Of a stretch of 64,000 nt of DNA, positions 22,401 to 36,600 are shown in pieces. The stretch is from Raillietiella orientalis (lineage: Eukaryota): NCBI GenBank assembly GCA_036172245.1, contig JAYWIR010000001.1, positions 2,356,001-2,420,000 on the forward strand, written 5' to 3'. The notes under the pieces were generated by a model. It was not told the origin of the DNA and searched no databases. It saw only the letters and a list, made by a program, of their open reading frames with translations. The stretch's first letter is position 1. Every line of letters starts with the position of its first letter. Position numbers and translations under genes: made by a program.

Positions 22401-24488
22401 AGGTGCTTCTTGAAAAGACACTCTTTGAAGTTCCAGATGCAGAAACGGATGTCCACGGCTGAAGCATTTTCTTGCGCACACTTCCGGAAATCACGCTCTC
22501 TCTTTGAGATTTCTTCTTATTCTCTGCACGACGCTTCTTCGCAAACAGAATTCGACCAGCTTCTTTTGTGATGCTGGAAGTCCTTCAGGACTAGAAAATG
22601 AGGTTTCTAAAATGCTCCAGCACTTTATAAGGCCTGGGGATGCAACTCGGATTACGGCGGATGACTTGTGTGTACGCAACACATCACCGCTTGTTGCTAA
22701 GCGGGTTTTCATGAGAACTGGTTGCCAATAATGCCCCAGGAGGATGGACATGACCGAAAGAAAACATGAACTCTTTGCGGGACGCATCTAATTTAAAAAT
22801 ACCATCTACTTCATAGTTCTCAGAGAAACCGCCGAGAGACCTAGCAAAAAGTTTAGGAAAAGAACTCAAGATGGAGAAAGCACTGCCGTGAAGTTGCACG
22901 TGGTTCGCATACTTCGCACACTAAAATGGGACGACCTTTGGAAAGTTCAAGATAAACTTGTGCATGCAAAGAAAACGATGTATCTGATCATACGAAAATA
23001 GACTTCTGATGAGCGAACGCCATCCTCAACAGTGAAGATCTTCATATTTCGTTCACCGAGCAAAATCAGTAACACTGGCACAGTTGATTCAGATATTTAC
23101 GCTCCACGACACATCACGAAAGTCGGCATTAATCGCAATATGAACACACAAATGGACGAAAACATTTGTAAGTGATGCTGAAAATTTGAAATGAAGGCAT
23201 CCTTTTTGGATTAATCAGTTCAATGAAACGCAGCTGTTTACTTGCAAAACTTCGTTTGGGTGCTCGGTTAAAGCCTGAAACCTGGTTCATAATGAGGAGA
23301 GCACAAAGGCACACAGTACAGTGGCAGAAGATTCCGGGAACCGGCAGTAAACAAACGCCTTTGAAAAACTGGCTAAAAACTGATCAAGACTTGCAAGGTT
23401 GCTGCCTATCCCTTAACATAACCAGCAGAACCATGCATCCGGGATTCTCAGCAGGAAATTGCGTTTGACTGCAGAGAAATTCGTCTCGATACTTACCCTA
23501 TACAAAACACCGAAATGATAATAAACCTATGCTTGTCCAAATGAGTTTCGATGCATAAGGAATTCTTCGTGTGTAACAAATTCCTTCCTGAAAACTTCCG
23601 TTTTCATTCTTTTTCACAAGCACCGAAAAGTTCACATCGGAAATCAATCTGGTGGCATCCACACTACCTTATCCATACTACTAAATCCAAGACTTTGGGT
23701 AGTCATATGTAATACGAGAAATGCTTACTACGCACCTCAAAGTTCTGGGCACGGTATTACAGAAATTTTGTAAATAGGAAAAATAAAAGAATCAACCCAA
23801 TGTGACAAACCACACGTGATGAAATAAGACTCCTCTCACTTATTTCGAAATTAATAATCCAAACAGTCAGATCTAAATCAAAAAATACAAACTGCTATAC
23901 TGTAACTTTAAATGGTGAACGAACAAAATCCTACTTCAGTTTCAATAAAAATGAAAGGGACATCGCCGTGCAATGTCATCAAAAAAAAAAAAAATTTGTT
24001 GCCTGTAAATTCCTATGGTGCATGACAACCGCGTAGAAAAAAAAACCAAAACACTTACACAGGGATTGTACAATCGAAATACTACTTCATCACTGGGGAA
24101 AAAAAAACCGTTGCTTGATCCCCAAAATGATCACGAACCCAAATACCCGCTACTCTCGTATGGAGCTATATAGACTAACATGCATGGTCACACATTTCAA
24201 TGCAATCCCATACTACAAGCATCAACCAAATGCGTGAGATACAACACGCGAAAAATGGATTAATAAATTTTTACATAGAGAAACACCTTAAATGCAAAAG
24301 TTGGCTTGTCGAGAAAGCATTCATGTTTCTTTTATGGAAAAAAAAAAAAAAAAAAACCTGTTTATGAAAACAGATTTTCGAAACGTGTCCATTCAAAACT
24401 AGAACCGACACAACAGAATGTTCTTAAAAAAAAATTCAGGATTATTCAATAAATACATACATTATTAAATTTCTTGTAACAAACAGTC

Positions 24489-24494
24489 TTTATT
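24489..24494 (-). promoter_or_regulatory. Putative polyadenylation signal of the BI-1 gene
   Basis: AATAAA on the minus strand about 195 nt after the stop codon. Confidence 0.4.
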
Positions 24495-24687
24495 CATACA
24501 AAATATTCATCTCATTGACTATTATTCAATTTAAACTGGATATGATTATTAAATGATGGTCAGTAAAAGATCCTAGTTGCTGATTTGCATGTACAAAACA
24601 AAGCTAAACAAAAAAATTTACTGTGAAATATCGAAAATTATCTAACAGCATACACACAGTGCAAGATGAGACACTTCTATTTCTGCA

Positions 24688-26958
24688 TTACTTGTTTTTC
24701 TTCTTCGCTTTCGCCTCCTAAGGCAAAAAGACAAGATTCAAATTACGCTGAAATGTCAAACATCACTACTCACCTTATCAACTAATAGCACCAACAGGTG
24801 CTTGAACAAAATGAGCACATCCAGGAAAAGCTGACACGCATGCATGATGTAATCTTTATCATGTAAGCTCTCAAAACGATAGATAATAAGCTGTGTATCA
24901 TACAAGATGAAAAGAAGAACAGAACCAAGAGCTAAATAGGTCTCCAACTGAAGTAAACAAAAAACATGATATGCAAACTTTTTTTTCTCAATTACCTTCC
25001 ACAATGAGCAGGAGCCGGTGAATAAGCATGCCAGCTGGAGCAACAATGTCCATGAAAGCAAACTGCTGGCCAAACTACCCAGGTAGAAAAAGGAACCACG
25101 TTTGCTCAACATTGCACACAATGTAAAGCAAATAAAAACAACACCAGTTCCCAGAAGAGCCAACAAAATCAGCTGTGGATTGACAACCATTGCGAATGAT
25201 AGAAGAGGTCCGGTGAGATGACCTGATTTTTCTTTTGAAAACAGCTATCAAACAACCATAAAAACTAACCACCCAGAAAACTCATGGCAACGAAATAAAT
25301 CATTCGCTTTTTCTGTTGTGTGTGATCTCCAGAAGAAAATACTAGCATGATACTCAGCACAAGCATCCCAATAGCAGACAATAATGCATAATCCTAAAAT
25401 AAAATTGAAAAAAATTGTCATAGATGTGCAGTTTCAAGTACATTTTCTTCTGACTTAATTTTAATTTTCCAACAGGAACAATGGACACTCTAAACATTTA
25501 AAATGAAATATTAAAAATTAATTGGACTGTTAGACACATTACATAACCATAAAATGAAGTAATCAGAATGCCATTAAATATGGAAAGACAAATGTCTTTA
25601 CCTTGGAGATGAGCAATCACTTACTATTAGGAACACATGAGAGAAATTTGGCCAATCAAAATACTGCACTGTGTAAAATAAGGCAATATTTGCATTTTGA
25701 TTTGAGTAATGTAAAATCATTTCGTGTCTTCTAATGTACACGTACAATTTTGCACAATTCGCAACTTGTATCTATGTTTCCGAAACACATACTCAGAACT
25801 CGTCCACATTTTTAATTTTCACATGTTCCGGAAAAAGTTATTCTATTTATTGGCTGCTTTTATCATTTTCTTTTGTTATTTATGATTGCGTATCTTGACT
25901 TCTGAATTTGTAAAAACAAGTAAAACTACTTATATCTGAAGAACTTTTAACAGAAAACCTGATTTAAAAACACACTCATCCTAAGTAATAATATTAGGAA
26001 ATAATAAATTACACTAGGAGCGTAATTGAACATTCCTGGGTGCAGCCATTTAACATTTGCACTAAAAGGTAATCTACACCACAAATATCAGCATTATGAA
26101 TAATAAGGTATGAATATGATTTTTGTACTAAAAATCAATGCAAACAGTAATAAATAATACAAGATATCACTTTAAAAAGAAAAAAAAATCACTGTTCTTA
26201 TTATCATACAATGATTACTACAGCATATCTTCATTAGTGAACATTATTGCATGAAGCTGTGATAAACATAATAAGATTTGCAGTTTTTCGCTAAGACAAA
26301 TTTTTGCACATTTTCACATCTTCTCTAAAATATCTTACTTTCAGAAATCCAACAAACACATATAAATAGGCTGCTAGAGCTGCTGAAAGAAGTCCAATGG
26401 CCAAACATGCATATACAGATCTCAGATGTGCCTGCAGTGGAGGAGACCTAAATACAAAATCATAAAAACTTGTTCATAGGTAACCAATACATGTAAGCAC
26501 ACACATGATATAAATGGAAAACGAATAAACAAATTGACTTACTAAAACAAGTGGAGTACCAATGTGGTATACTACAACTACTGAAATGCATACACTCGAA
26601 AAAAAACCATCATTATTCGCATTAATAATGATCAATCGTATAAATTTACAAATCTGGGCATCAAAACCAAGCTTGCTCACATCTTTAGGAAACTGATTAT
26701 TCTGCTACCAACCACCCACTGAATATTAAAATTTCAATATAATTATCAACATAACACACACAATTTACATTAACTCTTAATCGCAATTTGGGTGAACTTA
26801 GATTCTTCGTATAAAAACAATCGAAAAGAAAAACTGAAAGGGAAGTACGATAAACAATCAATAATTTCCTGTTTTGTTACTTACATTAGGCCAAAAGATC
26901 GTTTCAAAGTATCAAATACTGCAGGACTATTCAAATTTATTCCTTGGAAAGTATTCAT
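24688..26958 (-). CDS. TMBIM6: Bax inhibitor 1 (TMBIM6-like), 245 aa
   Basis: Six GT-AG exons with consistent phases: 26885-26958, 26339-26447, 25270-25393, 24996-25222, 24774-24947 and 24688-24717 (738 nt). Product MNTFQG...PPLQAHLRSVYACLAIG...KRMIYF...GPLLSFAMVVNPQLI...FILYDTQLII...DYIMHACQLFLD...EAKAKKKNK* shows the BI-1 hallmarks, including YDTQLI, the DY..H...LFLD motif and a Lys-rich tail. Confidence 0.95.
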
Positions 26959-27752
26959 GATGCAGGTCCGCGCTAACGAATCGAGTTAATTTTCAATGGT
27001 TAATCTGGTCAGCGGTAGATTTTAGATCTGTTCAATTTTGCAGCACTTCTTGTTATTTGTTTTCTGCACACGAGGCACTGAACTTTCTCTGAATCACAAA
27101 CTACGTAGCAATGGCGTTACCGTTAGAGACATTACCAAGTGTACAATAAAGGTGTTTTTCAGGGAAGTTTATGCGCAGCGTCAAAACAGGACAGCATGGT
27201 AATTAGATCGTGTGTGAATTTAACTGAATAATGCATTCCACTTAATAAAAACATGAATATTTTTACGTTTTACGTTGTATTAAGATATGAAGTCAGATCA
27301 GCATTCAATTTTAGCTTGTGAGATTGACTGATGAAATTTTGTAGAAAAGTTTAAACGAAAATGCTCATATTGGGCTGTCACGAAATAATTTGGTTCCTTA
27401 AAATCGAATGCTGAGTGCACCTTTACATTATACTAACGTTCTCATACTTGTACAATACAGATGCGAAAGTACAGACTATAGTGTGTATGGAATTCTTTAC
27501 GAAGAGTATACAAATTGAGAACATTATTTGCTGATTTCCTAAACATGGTCTGAAAGCATGAAACTGGGAAATGAACCACTGACATGATCTGCACTTGAGG
27601 TCATGAAAAGAGTTTCAAATTGAAAAATCAGATGAAGTAACACCGAAGAGTCAAGATGGTGCATGCAGAAAATGCGATGAAATAACTCTTTTTCCGAATT
27701 CTTAGTACTAATATTTGAGGAGTAGATTGATAATTATTTTGCTCTTACTTTC

Positions 27753-28020
27753 ATGATTACTGTAGCATATCCTCATTAGTGAGTATTATCACATGAAACT
27801 GTAATGAGTACAAAAATAATCATAGGATTTTTAGTTTCTTGATAGCACAAATTTTTGCCCATTTCCAAGACCTTTCTGAAATTTCTCCTTCTCAGAATCC
27901 CAGCAAATACGTACAATTGGCTGCTAGAATATAAGCAATATAACTGCTAGAATACAAGCAATTATATTGCTTGTATTCTACGTATGGTATGGGGACAGCT
28001 GAAAGAAAAACAAATTCCAA
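27753..28020 (-). pseudogene. Diverged partial duplicate of BI-1 exon 2/intron 2
   Basis: 27753-27928 aligns in direct orientation with 26211-26378 (atgattact..agcatat..tcattagtga...acaaatttttgc...cagaa..cc..caaa...ggctgctaga). The splice donor is degraded. Confidence 0.7.
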
Positions 28021-28362
28021 CGAATTCAAGAAGAAAACGTAGTTTTTGTGGGTGATCAGCAACGAAATAAAATTTACGTGTACCCAAATATGGCAGTAAT
28101 ATACAAAATCATTCTACTGTGATTCATGTTCATGTACTCTATGACTGCTACTGATTAAATCTATTATGTTCAGTTTTATCGTGAGTATGCCGTGTTATTC
28201 CCATCCAGAGTGGAAAAAAATGCAAGTGTATTATCCTTTCTGAAAAGAAACGGAAAACATACACCAGTTGTTCTAACTATTTTCCAAATTCAATGGCCTT
28301 TGGATCTCAGTCAGATATTTCTTATTTTCGCTCTCACTTTGTCGTTGATTATCAAAAGAATA

Positions 28363-28412
28363 ATAATGCAACGATGCACTCAGAAAAAGTTCTGGGTGCA
28401 TCGTTGCATTAT
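28363..28412. repeat. 23-bp inverted repeat with a 4-nt loop
   Basis: ATAATGCAACGATGCACTCAGAA-AAAG-TTCTGGGTGCATCGTTGCATTAT; one G-T pair. Confidence 0.85.
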
Positions 28413-29305
28413 GCATTCAAAAATAAGTCTTATTCTAAATTTCATCCACAACACTGAGGCAGTCACATTCTGCTATGAGGAGAATACATCACTTTACTGT
28501 GGTAAAGTGTACTTCTTGGAAAACAAATCCTTGCCAACTGGACCTGAGCTTTTCAACATATTCTTCAAAAGTTGCACAGACAATTGAGTGATAAGCAGAC
28601 AGTGTTTGAGGAAAACAAAGACACACGGTAGTTGAAGTTCACTTTGATTAAGAGGATAACTTGAGCGTTGATAGATAACCTATCCAAATGTGAGAGATGC
28701 TTAGCATTGTAGATCGTCCGGAGTAGACTGATGGCTGAAATCGTTTTGAGGCTAATATTCGTGGAAATAAATCTAGCGTCCGTGTAAGACAGCAAACGTA
28801 TTTTACCATTAGGTGGATAAGTAATGAGGATAAAGCGAATCTGTAACTACGTGTGTGGTTCATTTTCACTTCAAATATTAACCTCAAAAATGGCTTCAGT
28901 GATCGACGTAGTTCCGATGACCCAGAATGCCAAGCACCTCACAGTGGTAAAGTGGTACTGTTCTTAATAAATAACCGGTTTGACAAGTATCGTTAATTTG
29001 GTACTACAAATGTATTATTCACTCATAGAATTTTCAGGCTGCTTTTCTTTAAGAATCTGCTAATCACGGGCAAGCAGCTTGGCAAGATCGATAATATTTT
29101 CAATGTTTCCTTAATAAACTGTTTCGTGAATTTCGAGAACCTGAACACCAAATTGAAACTGCCAGTAACTTTTCTGATAGAAAAAGTATGAATTCCAAAA
29201 ATGGGAAGTCTTGTTTCTAAATGGCTGCTTGATAGATGTTATAACGAAAGTATTTAGTTTACAATAATTACATATATATCTATTGTTGTAATTATTCCCC
29301 ATGGA

Positions 29306-29341
29306 ATCGAACTGCGAAGAATGATCGAACTGCGAAGAATG
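29306..29341. repeat. 18-bp perfect tandem duplication
   Basis: ATCGAACTGCGAAGAATG x2. Confidence 0.85.
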
Positions 29342-32300
29342 TATCAAATAGCTGTTTGGTTTGCTGATTTTTCAAATATTTTTAAAGAGGTTTTCATTCT
29401 TAATGCTGTCTTAATAATTTATGAACGCTAATGATAAAAACTGAGTTCACAGTGATTACGTCAGGTAAGAAAGATAAAGATGCATCTTGAAAATTGATCA
29501 TTTATTCCCATGTCTCATGTGTTTTACCTACAATCTTATTTTGCCGATATACTTTTGTGTAATTTGGTTCGTTATAGCTGCTTCATGCGAGAGAGGAATC
29601 CAAAAAATAGTTTTTTTGAAAATTGAGGAGCTTTTTAGCTCTTCCATCTTCAAGGAAGCTATTTTTTTGCAATTAGCTTTGTACAAATAATTCTGAACAT
29701 CGGAGTTATAATGGTCGACTAATCTGAACTGATGTAATTGTACAGTTTTATAAAGTAAATATACGTTACTGTGTTCTAGTGGGACCTAGGTGATTTGAAT
29801 GTAATTTTGTTGTGTGCATGTTTTAATAATAAATTTGTGTACTACAAAGATCATTCCTCAAGATTTCTTGACTGTAAGTTCACACACGGGATCATTTTCT
29901 GAATGCAGATGAGATAAAACACCACATTGCATGCATTCAAATATGAAAACTTATTTTCTTAAGCTAAAGTATATGCAACTGAACCTATGACTGTATATCA
30001 CTTATGCATATGTATTTGTATAGCTGTATTGCACACATATATAACTATGCACTTGTATTGAATAGTTCATCATGTTACCAGAAAATGATATAAATGCAGA
30101 ACATAGCTTTGTAACACTGATGATTCGCTTAATGATACGAAAAAAAAAGTAGATGACAGATTCCACAATTAATGACTTGAAAGATCCTTGAAAGTGAAAA
30201 GATCCTTCTCTTCATACCATCTCCAAAGGTTAGAAAGAAGATATTTTCACACCTATTCTCAACCAGGGGGAAATCGACACACATGTTCAACACGCATGTG
30301 ATCCCATCTTACACAGTGCAGATAAATGTGTGCTTATCAAGAATTTGAAAGTGGCTTTATCAAACCTAAACCGCTATCACGGTGGTATCTCCGTTCGGGA
30401 CGACACTAATGTGAGTTAGCACATGTGCTGCAAATTCGCAATGCATTGGAAACACCTTGGTTCCTTATGTTGCTATGGAAAACAGGCATATATTGTCTCT
30501 TTAGGTTCATTTAAAGCAGAGGAATTCATCAGAAATACCAACATTTATGATTGCGAGGATTTAAGTATAATGGCTTGCGTGTCAGTGTGATGGCTGGTGA
30601 TGGTTGATGATGTTTTGTGACGTGATGTATTATGCATTTAATAGTAGTTTGAAAGATGAAGACTTCCTTCCAAAAGAAAGCTGCATCTCATATACATCTC
30701 CGAACCCTCGGATCTTAGTGAGAGGAGGTCGCAATCTCTCCGATATTCTGTCCGTTAGCTTTCGTTCTCTGTTTCCGACATAAATGGGAGCTTCGTCACC
30801 GAAACGTAGGATGCACTTTTTTGCTATTTGAATGGCGAATGTGAAAAACGGATAGCAAAAAAAAGTCCGCCAAATGCAAATTTCTTAAATGTATATCGGT
30901 TGCCGTGTCTTGAAGCTGCGTTTTTGACATTCCGGTGCTTATGAAAAATCGCTGAGGTCTCTATGCCATTGTCTTCTCTTTATGAAACCGTGGCTCACCT
31001 TTTTGACAGCAGTCTGAGCGAAAATTGCTGTCAGTTTGAACTTTTTATTGTTCCTCACAATCTTAATTGTAATCCAAACGGCATATAAGAGGCGTTGGTA
31101 AATGGAATTGGGGCAATATTTGCCTTGCATGAATAATTCATGCTTCTTGTTAGGGAGGATTTGCGTGAATGGATAGGTAGCATGCATACGATGCAGAACA
31201 AAAGGCGGAGTCATTTTTGATACTTGTGAGGATGAACTTTTCTTCTTCGAAGACCCCACAGTGTTGGCAATACCACCCCCCAACTTCCTCATCATCTCAC
31301 TGACTACGAGTACGGCGGCCGATTTTCGAAAGGCTCGCCAAACTGGGATGAAACTTCACCTTCTGCCTTTGCTTGGAAGGGGTGAGCAAAACTTGAGTTT
31401 CTCTTGGCTGTTTCGCTGCCCCCCCTCTTGAGGACATGGCACCGTTTCCTATGCAAAATCGCGTGCCTTCCCGTGTCTCTTCTCGCAACCGACTTTCGGT
31501 CTTGCATTTTGCTGCCATCGGAAGGGAATTTGCAGAGCATGCATCATTAACAGGCTATTTTTGACTCGTGTGTCTTGTACCGGTAAATGGGAAAGAGAGT
31601 TCAGAAAATTCGCGAACCATCGAAAAAGCGGTAGTGCTGCCGTCGTCACGTGGGAACGAAAAGTGAACGCGTCGAGTCTGGAGGGGAGGAAATGCAAGAG
31701 GAAGCCAGAAGGTTTTTTTTTTTTTCGTCTGTATGTTTCGTCTGAAACAGAATCCATTTGCACTGGCAGGAAAACCATTCCGAATTTTCGGGTCTTTGAG
31801 TTTTTGAGGAATATGCAGGCAGTCCTGATGTGTTCTCTTCCAACTCCTGTCGCCTCCAGATGTTGTCAAAAGCAACTTCAATAACAAACTGCAAGACTTT
31901 TCCCACATTCAAGTGGATACTTTCCCTCAGCTGGTCCTTCTATTGGTGATGGGCAGCATGTATTTATTCTGAACTTTTCCTATACAAACATCAATTCGCG
32001 ACCTAATATGTCGTGCGCGTGAGATGAGTGCTGACACTGGGCACATGCAGGTGCCTTCTCCGCTAGAGTAGTAAAGATAATAGGGACTCAAGAGCAGCTC
32101 TAAGCTAAGTTTCACAGGCAACAAGACCCCTGAGGAAAGGCCGTTACTTTACCTGTGAAACTTTGCGCAATGAGAAAGGTCATCTCCTCGGGAAGGAACA
32201 GGTTCTTTCTAGAAATTCTGGAAAAAGAAAAAAAAAATTAAGAATGGTTTTTCTGGAGACCAAAGCAGGACTGCTGGGGTCGGATGACTAACTAAACTCA

Positions 32301-32923
32301 GGTTCAGCCTTTCTTCCACTAGTTCTCTCTCAAAAGCAATCTTCCATGCCAATCATTTCCTCTATTATTCATTGGGTCCTCTATGATGCTCACCCTTTAA
32401 TCTATAAACTCCATCATCGTGTTCTTGTCTGAGTCAAAGAACCCTGTTTTCACTCCCTCTACGACTCCGAGCCATTCTGGATCAACTCAGAGTCCCTAGA
32501 AGCTCAGTTTGCCATCCGAAAAAATATTGAAACAGTCGCACAGGTCTCCCAAAATGACATCCCCCGTATTTGATTTCTCTTACTCTGTAGTCATGAAAGT
32601 GATTTAAAAGCAAGGGTGACAACCAATGATTCCTGGCTGCTCTTGGGAGAGTAACCTAGAGTTACCTTATAGAGTACCTCCATTACCGAAAGAAATGAGA
32701 TTCGTGTTATTTGCAAAATTAGGAAATTAACTTTGAGGGATGACCCTTGTTTCGCTCGTGCACAATGCTGCCCCATGATGTACGGCAACACTGTGCCATC
32801 CAGAATCTATTTTTCGTATTTCGAAATATATGGATACTTTCACAATGAAAGAGTGTTCAACCGTACCTTATTTTCGTTCTCATCTGTTGCATTCACAGTA
32901 GAATTTATTGACAACACGATCCA

Positions 32924-33683
32924 ATGGAAAGGCCGAGGTTAAAGAAAGAAATACTGTTCTTCCGGAGGTCTGAGAATCAGTACGAAACATTCCTCTTTGT
33001 CAAGAATACCACTCGGTATAGAGTAATTTTCCAGGTGAGTGATATAAAATGCTCCCTCATCTGCATTTCTGATCACCTCACGTGCATTACCTGCTTTGTG
33101 CTTTCGTGTAAGTCGGAAAGATCGCTCACGGTTTCAGAGAAGCGGCGAGCACGAGGATCGGTTTCCAAAACCGTGGGAAGCATATCTTCCCACTCTCACT
33201 TATTCGTTAACCACGTATGCCACTGGATGGTCTCTATTTACGGAAATGCTCGCTTTCACGTTTTCAAATGACCAAAACAAGAGTGATTTTTTTTTTTTTT
33301 TTAAAAAAAAAACAAAAATCCGAAACTTTAACCGTTGCTACCTGTTCTTAGCAACGTGGGTTCCATAGGATTAGGAGTCTCAAGGTGAAATTCCAAATCA
33401 GGTGGAAGTGGATTTCGTTTCCCAATCAGGAAACCCAAACAAAAATCAGCAAGCAGAAAATCCACTTTTTGCTGTATCACAAGTATGGCGCACTTCGTTT
33501 TCAATACGAATGGATCGTAGACTCACTCACGCATCTCGGCCACTGTGGTCTCAAATGAAAGAATTTTGGGAACGAATTCCGGAGTGCCTTGACGTTTCGT
33601 TCAAGATTCATGGAGAAACTTCCAATCAGTCGGGATCAAGAGCTTCTTTTGTGTTCTGTCCCGATTTCCAAACTTCCTGGTGA
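32924..33683 (+). CDS. Possible MSP (major sperm protein/VAP-like) domain gene or pseudogene
   Basis: ATG 32924 to donor CAG|GTGAGT at 33034 encodes LFFRR...TFLFVKNTTRYRVIFQ. Downstream segments SVSKTVGSISSHSHLFVN, KVKFQIRW and KEFWERIP follow the order of MSP-domain strands. Exon phases are not fully reconciled. Confidence 0.4.
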
Positions 33684-36600
33684 ATATTTATCCCTCAGCC
33701 ACCGCGAAAGAATTCTTCACAGTTTGGCTATCGTAAAAAAGTCTTGAAAGCTGCCACAGGGATGCACGATGCGCTTCGATTTCCTGACTGCCACTCTTCA
33801 GTCTTCTTGTAACTAGCATACGTCGGAGTGGGAAAAAATGCTGTTTGGCATTTTTTTCCTCCCCCTCAGTAAGAGCACTCATTATAAGAGCGACCGCCGA
33901 TAATTTCAGAATTATTAGTACGTGTTTATTACTTATGTTATTTCACCTAACGTTTCCGATGTGATTGTGTTGCATGTGGACGACAAGAGAAACGTCTACA
34001 AGGACGGCAACCTTTTCTTAGAGTTTTCTTTTCTTTTCAAACTGCATTGCATGTTGAAATTTGATGCGCGACCTTGGAATTTCCCGCTTTAACTGGTTGT
34101 TTCGACAAGATATACATATTCCAAAGTACAGAAAACACCTCGTGCAACGAATTGTGGATAAACCAAATTGGAGATGTGAATAGGTACTCAACCAAAAAAA
34201 TTTACTTGTCGGGATCCAAGAAATCCAGCGCCCGTTCGTCTGGGTGTATGTACATTTGCAGTGCCCCCATCCAAGAGGAATTCGCAGGAAAATTACAGAA
34301 CCAGTTTCGGCATCCTTGTCCCGGATGCTTGTACTCTCTCCTGCTCAAAGTGAGTATTTCGATCAGGGAGAGGTGTTGTGTGCTGTGAAAGACATGTAGA
34401 CTTCGTGCTATGCTTTCTGAGTGCTTGAGAGATTCGAGGGGTTATCATCTTCCTTATTTTTTGGCAGAGTTTTTGTCTTCGTTTCTTTCTCACCATGCGG
34501 CCATCAAGTTGGGCGCACGATGCCACGTTAGAGTCGGCAGGCAACGAGATGTGGAACGGAACCGGTTGGCAAAGACATTCCACGGACAGAACATCGGAAC
34601 GTTCCGGATAACGAGGATTTGAATTATTCTGTTCCTGTTCCGCATTTGGGCTTCCAGCCATTTCAGATGAATGAGGGGACTGGATGCAACGAAGAGCAAT
34701 AACCCTCGTGATCATCACTACTGCACAGCGTAGTAGCGAACCAGACTGAATGGTTGACGATAAGCAGTTGGCCGATGCTGTATGAGGGTGTTCGAAACTC
34801 ACCACTCAAGATGCTTCCAAGGAGGCCACAGCAGCAGTCCTTTCCATTTCCTCCTTGCATGTAAAGTGTCATTGCCTGAATGCTTCAGACTGGCAAACCG
34901 CACGGCAACAGGGATAAGGAAACAGCAACACCGAATATTTTAATGTTTCACCTTATCCTACCTTTATCCGTGTTTTTTTTTTTCTTTCCGTTTTTGTTTT
35001 TCTTCTTGTACGAAAAAGAAAGACTGCATTTCCTCATGCCACTCGTTTGTGCTACCTGGGGGCAACTCACAGTTAATTAGCGACAATGTCTTTTTTCCCC
35101 CTGTTCCTTGTGCGTGCGTTTGGGGAAGTGGTGTCGCTCCTGGTTGTAGTCGAAATCGGCGAAGAGGTCAGAGGATCTGTTAACCAGTTGTGTATGCGAA
35201 TAAGCCAACCCAAGGAATATTCCGCAGGACAGCCGCCAAGAAACACGAGGTATTCTTCACGATGATTCCCTGGAAGGCAGTCCAAAGAAACACATGGCGC
35301 AAAAGACCTCTGGCATGGTGTTTCCAAAAGGAAATTTTATTTGGGTGTCATGGAGAAGGATCGATGGAGGAGGAGTGCTACTCAAGGCGAGATTTTCGTA
35401 CGTTCCTGATGCACTGACATCTTTCAGCTGCCAGTTTTGATGACCTTTAACCCAAACAGTGAGAAACTGGGAAATTCCGCCCAAAGATGCAGCGCTCATT
35501 ATCTTGCTTTGCTTTCCAAGTGCTTTCCATCGTCTTCCTATTTCACAAGCCGTTTAAGATAACGTGGGAAAAACTGGTCCGCTTGTGTTCAGCCACTGAA
35601 AGAGTAACTCAGCATCACTGTGAAATGTGAAATGAACTTCCGGAATGCACCGTTCCTAATTGTACCCATGTCTTCGGCATTATCGAAATTCATTTCTCCC
35701 GTTTCGACTTGGCAAGCATCAAATGTTCCCGTGGAAGTGAAAACCATGGCGCTGACCTTGGAATTCAAATTCTGGACATTGATCAGCGGTTTGTGAAGAT
35801 ATCAGCTTAACGTTTGTTCATACCAAGAATTTCAATTGATTTCTGCTTGGCGTGTAACCGCCCTGAAGGTCGTGAAGCACTGCTTGGATACCAATGATCA
35901 AACCCTAAATGAGAGACTTGGCTCTTTGGAAAGCAGCTAATGAGCCATGTGTTCTCATCATTCGCAGATTTCCAAATTTCAGCATTCGAGCGCAGTAAAA
36001 GAGCAGTAACATTCATTCGTTTCAAGGCTTCATCTCTGTTTTTCCTCATTCTGATGGCTTTCTCTGTAACTGGAGAGCGTTCGTTGCGGATAGCAAGTTG
36101 AAGGTGATTAGTCACAGGGATCGTTTTGGAGCTCGCTGTTGACGCCAGTTAAAACACCAAATTCTAAAAGACTAGCAAGGATCATCTTGAAAACGCGTGT
36201 TTATAACTCTTTGATATAGTGCAAGTTCTATCTGCCTAACTGTCTCCAATAACCTCTTTCTCTTCCTTCTGTTTCAGCTCAAAGTGTTCTGGAAAATAGT
36301 GAAGTACATGGTGCATTTCGTGAACAACTGATTGTCTTCTGTCAAGGATCTGGGAGGAAATCATCAGTTGGAATTATTTTTTTGGAAATTGGTTTCCAGT
36401 GCACAATGAAGACCGCAGATTCGAGATGATCGATGATGATGCTGTTGGTTGGCATGATGTTAAACGAAAAAAACCAACCGGCCGTTGTTGGAGTAATAAA
36501 ATCAATTGCCTGCTTCGCTTTTAGCCACATTTGATTTCTTGTTTTTACATTCGTTAGAGATGCATACCAACTTGGCTTTGCTTTCGTTTCGCGTTTTTCT

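Noticed and set aside
27460-27660. Divergently transcribed exon next to the BI-1 promoter
   Set aside because: Stop codons in all three frames.
31200-31520. Cys motif WYCQHCG suggesting a PHD or zinc-ribbon gene
   Set aside because: A single short motif after a stop codon, with no supporting exons.
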